A stretch of DNA of 64,000 nt from Bacteroidia bacterium (GTDB lineage Bacteria; Bacteroidota; Bacteroidia; J057): assembly GCA_033762375.1 (NCBI GenBank), contig JANRLQ010000055.1, positions 1-64,000 of the forward strand, read 5' to 3'. Both the position numbers and the translations under genes were made by a program. The notes under the pieces are model-generated. The model made no database searches, was not told where the DNA came from, and was given only the letters and a program-made list of their open reading frames with translations. Below are positions 57,831 to 64,000 of the stretch, one piece after another (within the stretch, counting starts at the first letter, position 1; each line of letters starts with the position of its first letter).

Positions 57831-58436
57831 TTACTTGATCGGGATGGCCCTGTCCTCGACCGACTGCAAGGCCTCAGGCGCTACCAGGGCAGGCGGGATG
57901 AAGGAAACGGGACGTGGCGCAGCCGTCACATAAAAGTACTCCAGCGACTTGCGTCCGGGCGTGTAGGTGATTCGTCCGTACCGGGATTTTTCGATCCGGG
58001 TTTTATCCCAAAAGGTCGTGTCCTGTCCGGGCTGGAGGGATATGGCCACATACTCCCAGGTGCGGGAGAGCTGTCGCAGGTCGTGAATGTACAGATAGGG
58101 CTGCTGGTCCTGCTCGACCATGGCCGGGATCAGGGTCGTGTCGCCGTCTCCTGTCCAGAAGTATCTCGTGCGCCGCCACCCGGTATGGAGTGGGTCGGAG
58201 GTCTCCAGGGCCCCGGAGTCGGGAATCGCCACCTGCTCTACGCCATCTGCCTGATCAATGGCCGGTGCTCCCGGTACGCCGTAGCGTATGCTGACCCAGC
58301 CTTCATAGCTGCGCGGGATATAAATGTCCCGGTTAGGGCGTTTATTACAGGCCAGATACCCCAGGAGCAGGATCACACAGTTGACAGTCGAGATCAGAAT
58401 GATGAGTTCTACACGGGTGAGAGGTCGTTTCGCCAT
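57831..58436 (-). CDS. Hypothetical membrane-anchored protein
   Basis: An N-terminal TM (LIILISTVNCVILLLGYLA). No recognisable motif. Confidence 0.4.
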   Translation of the reverse strand: MAKRPLTRVELIILISTVNCVILLLGYLACNKRPNRDIYIPRSYEGWVSIRYGVPGAPAIDQADGVEQVAIPDSGALETSDPLHTGWRRTRYFWTGDGDTTLIPAMVEQDQQPYLYIHDLRQLSRTWEYVAISLQPGQDTTFWDKTRIEKSRYGRITYTPGRKSLEYFYVTAAPRPVSFIPPALVAPEALQSVEDRAIPIK

Positions 58437-58491
58437 AAGCCTGTTTCTGCATCTGGCACAAAGGTACGGCTTCATTTGATCCGAACCAACG

Positions 58492-59166
58492 TCACGCCCG
58501 CGTCACCCGCAGCACGATGTCCAGGAGGAAGTCCGTCAGCAGGTCATAGTCATCTTTTTTGATCTCTGTAAGCCGGGGTAGGTGAGCTGCGAAAAAAAAC
58601 TGATCGTGGGCAGACTCCAGGAGCATGGACGTCAGGGCCGTCGGGTAGGGATACTGTGGATTGATCTCCCGCACCAGGTCCGCGATGTGCCGGCAGAAAC
58701 GTTTGTAGCTCAGAAAATACCCCTCCTGGTTGTTTTGGTCTACTTCCTTACTCAGATATGACTTGGATGATTCCGACACTACGATCCGGTGCAGGGCTGC
58801 CTTGTCAATATCGGCACTGAGCTGTGTCAGGCCATTCTCGATCCGGTGGGGCTGGGTGACGATCTGCATGGCGATCTTGATCCGCTCGACCGGAGAGGCA
58901 ATATTGTGGGTCAGAAACTCCAGCTGGTGTGCCTGCCAGTTCCAGTACCAGGCCACCAGGTAGGTGAGAAGGTTGTGTTTGTTTTCGAAATACCTGTAGA
59001 TAGAGGCCTCCGTGGAGTTGATACGGGCGGCCAATTTCTTGAAGGTAAAGTGTTCAAACCCCATTTCATCTATCAGGTATATTCCGTCCCGGACGATCAT
59101 ACGCCCAAGATCGGTACTATCCGGGTCCTTGAGGTAAACCATTTCGTTTACTTTGATCTGGATCAT
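58492..59166 (-). CDS. TetR/AcrR family transcriptional regulator
   Basis: An N-terminal TetR HTH is present (LGRMIVRDGIYLIDEMGFEHFTFKKLAARINSTEASIYRYFENKHNLL). Confidence 0.8.
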   Translation of the reverse strand: MIQIKVNEMVYLKDPDSTDLGRMIVRDGIYLIDEMGFEHFTFKKLAARINSTEASIYRYFENKHNLLTYLVAWYWNWQAHQLEFLTHNIASPVERIKIAMQIVTQPHRIENGLTQLSADIDKAALHRIVVSESSKSYLSKEVDQNNQEGYFLSYKRFCRHIADLVREINPQYPYPTALTSMLLESAHDQFFFAAHLPRLTEIKKDDYDLLTDFLLDIVLRVTRA

Positions 59167-59333
59167 AGTAATACTTACTTTTTTGAGAGCAAGATAAGTG
59201 AAAACCCGGAGTGAAACTATTAAAGTTGTTATTATTTTTTACCTGCTCATCCTGCGGAGTCTGTAACCAGGGTAACCGGTATTAACCAGAGATAACCTTA
59301 TATTTGCCGCAGCCCCCAATTAACAACAAGCTT

Positions 59334-60962
59334 ATGGAGAAAGGTTTTTTTCACGTCCCCACCCCGCACAATGAGCCATTACGCGCCTATGGACCCGGGA
59401 GTCCGGAGCGTGCCGAGGTGCAGCATACCCTCGCTGCCATGATGGGACAGTCGCTGGAGATTCCGATGTATATCGGCGGCGAAGAAGTATTTACGGAGAC
59501 ACGGATACCGGTCAGCTCCCCGCACAACCACCGGCACATCCTGGGTCACTACGCCCGCGGGGGGGCAGCGCATGTGCAGCAGGCGATCAGTGCCGCCCTG
59601 GCAGCCAAGGCGCAGTGGGAAGCACTGGCCTGGGAACACCGGGCAGCGATATTTCTCAAAGCGGCTGACCTGATCGCCGGACCCTGGCGTGCCCGCATGA
59701 ACGCTGCTACCATGCTGGCCCAGTCCAAAAATATCTACCAGGCTGAGATAGATGCGGTAGCAGAGCTGGCTGACTTTTTCCGGTTTAATGTCGCCTACAT
59801 GGCGCAGATATACCAGCAGCAGCCCGAGTCGTCTCCGGGTATCTGGAACCGGCTGGAGTACCGGCCGCTGGAGGGCTTTGTATTTTGCCTGACCCCATTC
59901 AACTTTACGGCGATCGCTGGCAACCTGCCCGCATCTGCCGCCCTCATGGGCAATGTCTGTGTCTGGAAACCCGCCGAAAGCCAGATTTACTCCGCACACA
60001 TGATCATGCAGGTGCTGCGTGAGGCCGGGCTGCCGGACGGGGTGATCAACCTGATCTACGTGGACGGCCCTACCGTGGGAGAGGTGGTCTTCAGCCACCC
60101 GGACTTTGCGGGGATTCATTTCACGGGTTCTACAGGGGTTTTTCAGCGGATCTGGAAAACCATCGGGGAGAATATTCACCGGTACAAAAGTTATCCCCGG
60201 ATCGTAGGTGAGACCGGTGGCAAAGATTTTATCCTGGTACACCCCTCTGCCCATGTGGAGGCTGCAGCTGTAGCCATATCCCGCGGAGCGTTTGAATATC
60301 AGGGGCAGAAATGTTCTGCCGCCTCCCGCCTCTACCTGCCAGCCTCTCTGTATCAGCCTGTTATGGATCGGGTACTGGCAGATGTGGCGACTTTTACGAT
60401 GGGAGATCCGGCTGATTTTTCACATTTCATCAATGCCGTTATAGACGAGCGGGCTTTTGATAAGATCGCTGCCTATATAGACCAGGCCAAGGCTGATCCG
60501 CAGGTCGAGGTGCTGGCTGGCGGGACCTATGACAAGTCGGTAGGGTACTTTATCGCGCCGACGATCCTCCTCACCCGTCACCCGCAGTCGGTGACCATGT
60601 GCGAAGAGATATTTGGCCCGGTGCTGACGGTGTATGTATATGAGGATGACCAGTTTGAGCAGACCCTGGAGCTGGTGGACAGCACGAGCGGGTACGCCCT
60701 GACCGGCGCTTTGTTTGCCCAGGACCGGTATGTGATCGAGACGGCCTCCCGCCGCCTGCAGCACAGTGCCGGCAATTTTTATATCAATGACAAGCCGACA
60801 GGTGCAGTCGTGGGGCAGCAGCCCTTTGGAGGGGGCCGTGCTTCCGGCACCAACGACAAAGCCGGTTCCTACCTCAACCTGCTCCGATGGGTATCAGCCC
60901 GGACGATCAAGGAGAACTTTGTCCCGCCGGTGGACTACCGGTATCCATTTTTGGCAAAATAA
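59334..60962 (+). CDS. pruA: L-glutamate gamma-semialdehyde (1-pyrroline-5-carboxylate) dehydrogenase, RocA/PruA type
   Basis: Aldehyde dehydrogenase superfamily with a P5CDH-type N-terminus. The catalytic Cys segment (YQGQKCSAASRLY) and the glutamate motif (IVGETGGKDF) are present. Confidence 0.85.
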   Translation: MEKGFFHVPTPHNEPLRAYGPGSPERAEVQHTLAAMMGQSLEIPMYIGGEEVFTETRIPVSSPHNHRHILGHYARGGAAHVQQAISAALAAKAQWEALAWEHRAAIFLKAADLIAGPWRARMNAATMLAQSKNIYQAEIDAVAELADFFRFNVAYMAQIYQQQPESSPGIWNRLEYRPLEGFVFCLTPFNFTAIAGNLPASAALMGNVCVWKPAESQIYSAHMIMQVLREAGLPDGVINLIYVDGPTVGEVVFSHPDFAGIHFTGSTGVFQRIWKTIGENIHRYKSYPRIVGETGGKDFILVHPSAHVEAAAVAISRGAFEYQGQKCSAASRLYLPASLYQPVMDRVLADVATFTMGDPADFSHFINAVIDERAFDKIAAYIDQAKADPQVEVLAGGTYDKSVGYFIAPTILLTRHPQSVTMCEEIFGPVLTVYVYEDDQFEQTLELVDSTSGYALTGALFAQDRYVIETASRRLQHSAGNFYINDKPTGAVVGQQPFGGGRASGTNDKAGSYLNLLRWVSARTIKENFVPPVDYRYPFLAK

Positions 60963-61004
60963 ACCTGCCACCGGCCCGGAGCGTCCCGCTCCGGGCGGCT
61001 TTTT

Positions 61005-61673
61005 ATGTCTGATGATATGCTGCGAGAGATTATTACCCTGATATACAAAGAGTTGCTGCTGGAGTGGAAGCAACGATACGCGTTTAATGGACTCCTGCTC
61101 TACGTGATCAGCATGGTGGTGGTGATCTCGCTGGCATTTGCGGGGCAACTATCGCTCCAGACCTGGAATATCCTGTTCTGGATCATGATCCTGTTTGTCG
61201 CCGTCAATGCGGTCGCCAAAAGTTTTATGGCGGAGCAGGTGGCACACCTGATGTATCTCTATGGCGTGGCCCGGCCTGCCTCAGTCATGATCGCCAAGAT
61301 CATCTACAATACCGTCCTGATGGCCCTGATCGCGCTGCTGACCCTGGGCGTATATATATTTCTGAGCCAGCAGGTACCCGCAGATCCTGCCATGATGGCG
61401 GGGATTGTGGTGCTGGGCAGCAGCAGTTTTGCAGCCAACCTGACCCTGATCAGCGCGATAGCCGCCCGGGCAGACAACAGTACCACCCTGCTCGCTGTGC
61501 TGAGTTTTCCGCTGACCGTGCCGGTGTTATTGTTGTTGATACGGTATTCGCGATATGCGATTGAGGGATTGGCCGTCACAACGGGCGTAAACAACCTCTG
61601 GTACCTGGCGGGTATCACCCTGGCACTGGCTGTCGCCTCGGTACTGTTGTATCCTTTTGTGTGGCGAGAGTGA
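61005..61673 (+). CDS. ccmB: Heme exporter permease CcmB
   Basis: A 222-aa six-TM protein with the CcmB-like N-terminus (IYKELLLEWKQRYAFNGLLLY). Confidence 0.75.
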   Translation: MSDDMLREIITLIYKELLLEWKQRYAFNGLLLYVISMVVVISLAFAGQLSLQTWNILFWIMILFVAVNAVAKSFMAEQVAHLMYLYGVARPASVMIAKIIYNTVLMALIALLTLGVYIFLSQQVPADPAMMAGIVVLGSSSFAANLTLISAIAARADNSTTLLAVLSFPLTVPVLLLLIRYSRYAIEGLAVTTGVNNLWYLAGITLALAVASVLLYPFVWRE

Positions 61674-61811
61674 GGTATCAGAATCTTTCGGTAGATTTTG
61701 CCTGTATTCATCAAAAATACTCCCGATATTTGAAGCCCTGATCTGGAAGTAGCCAGCAAATCGTATGATGCCCGCGCCAACAATCCAGGGAGCAGATAGT
61801 TTAGGTTTCAT

Positions 61812-62585
61812 ATGACACGAATGTCTTCCATACGGATCGCCTACCAGCTGCTGGCAGTCTTGCTGCTGCTGTATGGCATTATATATGGCATGATGGCGAC
61901 CCTGCCGGAGTTGCCCGCACTCCAGCAGAGTGCCCGCATCATGTTTTATCACGTACCGATGTGGTTTTCGATGCTGACCCTGATGGGGATGTCGCTCTAC
62001 CACAGCATCCGGCTCCTGCTGCTGATGGATCCGGATCGTGTACAGACCGAAAACCCGCTGCTGTCAGATATCCGGGCGACAGAGGCGGCCCGGATCGGGG
62101 TGATATTTAATATACTGGGCCTGGCGACAGGGATCATCTGGTCACGCGTATCCTGGGCTGCGGACCGTCCCAGCCATGAGTTTTCGTCCTGGTGGGCCTG
62201 GGATCCGATCCAGGTATGTGCCCTGGTGGGATTGCTGATTTACCTGGCGTATTTTCAGCTCCGGGCTTCCTTCAAAGAACCCAGCCAGCGGGCCCGTATT
62301 GCCGCTGTGTACAATATTTTTGCCTTTGCTACCCTGATTCCGCTGTTTTTTATTGTGCCCAAAATGTTTGAGGGCCTTCATCCGACTGCTGCCAAGGGGT
62401 CTTTTATCTTCAAAAAAGACCAGATCAGCAATGAGTTTCGCCTCATCCTCTATCCGACCATGCTGGGATTTATCCTCATGGGGGTATGGGCATATGAGTT
62501 GCGGACCCGGCTGGTGCACCTCGCCCTGCGGCTGGAAGAATGGCGTGCCCTCAGGGCTTATACCCACCAATCTTCGACCCGATGA
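61812..62585 (+). CDS. ccmC: Heme exporter protein CcmC
   Basis: The Trp-rich WWD motif region is present (SWWAWDPIQ). A multi-pass membrane protein. Confidence 0.85.
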   Translation: MTRMSSIRIAYQLLAVLLLLYGIIYGMMATLPELPALQQSARIMFYHVPMWFSMLTLMGMSLYHSIRLLLLMDPDRVQTENPLLSDIRATEAARIGVIFNILGLATGIIWSRVSWAADRPSHEFSSWWAWDPIQVCALVGLLIYLAYFQLRASFKEPSQRARIAAVYNIFAFATLIPLFFIVPKMFEGLHPTAAKGSFIFKKDQISNEFRLILYPTMLGFILMGVWAYELRTRLVHLALRLEEWRALRAYTHQSSTR

Positions 62586-62773
62586 ATCACCTTACCTCAC
62601 GTTTGCTTCAGGACACGGCCAGGGGCTGGTTGCTGGCCAGTGACAAAGTATATGCCGTCATGGCTGTGATGATCCTGATCCTCGGTCTCCTGACCGGGCT
62701 GATGCTCCTGACCGCCCGTCGCCTCTCTGCGCTGGAAAAACAAGTCGAATCCCTCGAAAAATCTGAATCCTGA
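62582..62773 (+). CDS. ccmD: CcmD-like small single-TM protein
   Basis: The ATG overlaps the ccmC stop (ATGA). A single TM is present (VYAVMAVMILILGLLTGLMLL). Confidence 0.55.
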   Translation: MNHLTSRLLQDTARGWLLASDKVYAVMAVMILILGLLTGLMLLTARRLSALEKQVESLEKSES

Positions 62774-62808
62774 TCTGCCCCAGGGGCGTTCTGATACCTT
62801 TATATCCT

Positions 62809-63189
62809 ATGAAACCAGTCCATATCGTAGTCCTTGTTGTCATGGCGGTGTTTATCGTCGCCCTGGGTCTCAACTTTGCCGGCACTGCCAGCATCTATAC
62901 AGATTTTGAGACCGCCCGGCAGACCGGCCGTGAAGTACACATTGTCGGCACCTGGGTCAACCGCGAGCAGGCGGTATATGATGATACCCGTGACTTGTTT
63001 AGTTTTTATCTCCAGGACACCCTCAGCCGCATGGAGCTGGTGAAATACTACGATCCCATGCCCGAGAACTTCCATCAGGCTGAAAAAATCGTGGTTATAG
63101 GCGGATACAAAAAAGGTGAATTTGTCGCGGACAAAATCATCATGAAGTGTCCTTCTAAGTATGAGCCGGAAACGATCACCGGCAACTGA
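62809..63189 (+). CDS. ccmE: Cytochrome c maturation heme chaperone CcmE, variant type with a CxxxY motif in place of HxxxY
   Basis: An N-terminal TM anchor and an OB-fold are present. The heme-binding motif reads IIMKCPSKYEPE, where E. coli has LAKHDENYTPPE. Confidence 0.8.
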   Translation: MKPVHIVVLVVMAVFIVALGLNFAGTASIYTDFETARQTGREVHIVGTWVNREQAVYDDTRDLFSFYLQDTLSRMELVKYYDPMPENFHQAEKIVVIGGYKKGEFVADKIIMKCPSKYEPETITGN

Positions 63190-63237
63190 TCTACTGGGCG
63201 TACTTGTGACCTCATTTTCAACCTACTGCGAATAACA

Positions 63238-64000
63238 TGGATTGGTTTACCGGCGGGAAAGCAGGTGAAATGTTTGTGTCCCTGGCGTTTTCCGGGGCAC
63301 TGGTGGCTACCATCAGCTACCTGATGGCGGATCGGTATGCGGACGCTGAGCGCCGCCGATGGGAGCAGCTCGGGCAAGGCGGGTTCTGGGCACATGTGGC
63401 CGGGGTGCTGGGGATTGTGGCGACCTTGTTTTACCTGATCTACACCCACCAGTACGAGTACCACTACGTCTGGTCCCACTCCTCCAATGAGTTGCCGGTA
63501 CACTTTATGATCTCCTGCTTTTGGGAAGGGCAGGAGGGTAGTTTTTTGCTCTGGAGCTTCTGGCACTGTATCCTGGGACTGCTGGTCATGCGGAGTCCTA
63601 CGCCCTGGCGCAATATGATCATGGGGCTGCTGGCCTCCGTCGAGATGATCCTGACCTCCATGCTGCTGGGTGTATATACCGGCGAAACCCTGACCTGGGG
63701 CATGTACCTGGTCCTGGCCCTGTTGCCGGCCCTGTACCTCGGCTGGCGCTGGTACCAGGCGCGGACCTCCCTGCCGCTCGGTGGCGCTTACCATCTCGGC
63801 GGTGTCCTGCTGGGAGCCTCCCTGCTGCTGATGCTTGTCCGGGGACAGATGGGCGTACCGTTTGAGCTGATACCTGACTTCAGTACCTTATCGCTGGCTA
63901 CAGCAGGATTTTGGGTTATGGCCCTGGGTTCCATGGGATTTTTGGTGCTGTTTGGGGCATACCTCCGGCAGGCTGCTATCGGCAAACCCTATCAGGTATG
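63238..64000 (+). CDS. ccmF: Cytochrome c-type biogenesis protein CcmF (5' part; continues beyond the window)
   Basis: The open frame starts at ATG 63238 and has no stop before the window end. The N-terminal CcmF pattern is present (HYVWSHSSNELPVHFMISCFWEGQEGSFLLWSFW). Confidence 0.8.

Noticed and set aside
63075-63794. A 239-aa ORF on the minus strand
   Set aside because: It lies antisense to the ccmF 5' region, which has a strong CcmF N-terminal match. The translation is Gly/Pro/Gln-rich with no motifs.
1-64000. Transposases, integrases or phage genes
   Set aside because: None of the ORF translations show DDE, tyrosine-recombinase or phage structural signatures. Mobility is suggested only indirectly, by repeats and AT-rich genes.

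Overview
This is a GC-rich (~60%) chromosomal segment that looks like it comes from a Bacteroidota genome. The phylum call rests on two secreted proteins with T9SS C-terminal sorting-domain sequences, a hybrid histidine kinase with a Y_Y_Y beta-propeller, and several Bacteroidetes-style AAA-ATPase families. Most of the window is ordinary housekeeping and accessory genes. I can support dnaB, rnr, recQ, trhO, a ccmBCDEF cytochrome c maturation cluster, a proline-catabolism pair (proline dehydrogenase and pruA) with a TetR regulator, and one tRNA-Arg(CCT). I also call a GT2 glycosyltransferase, YbaB, LysM and M23 cell-wall proteins, an FKBP isomerase, a KirBac-type K+ channel, a class III adenylate cyclase with TPR repeats, and a GH5-like hydrolase next to a BNR-repeat T9SS protein. 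The most interesting region is a co-directional four-gene module at 24757-33232 with short gaps: an NfeD/YqiJ-like membrane protein, a 721-aa flotillin (SPFH), a small lipoprotein, and a 1619-aa cytoplasmic protein whose C-terminus carries a MoxR/AAA_5-like P-loop ATPase. I do not know this arrangement as a characterised system. Other notable signals are four perfect DnaA boxes in an AT-rich gap just upstream of dnaB, a 3x 52-bp tandem palindromic repeat array in a divergent promoter, and two ~80-bp elements with terminal inverted repeats. There is also a degraded duplicate of the nucleoside hydrolase 3' end, a caspase-fold protein whose catalytic His/Cys appear substituted, a CcmE with the variant CxxxY motif, and two AT-rich, possibly foreign, genes. 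All calls come from reading the ORF translations and DNA by eye; no database search was run.
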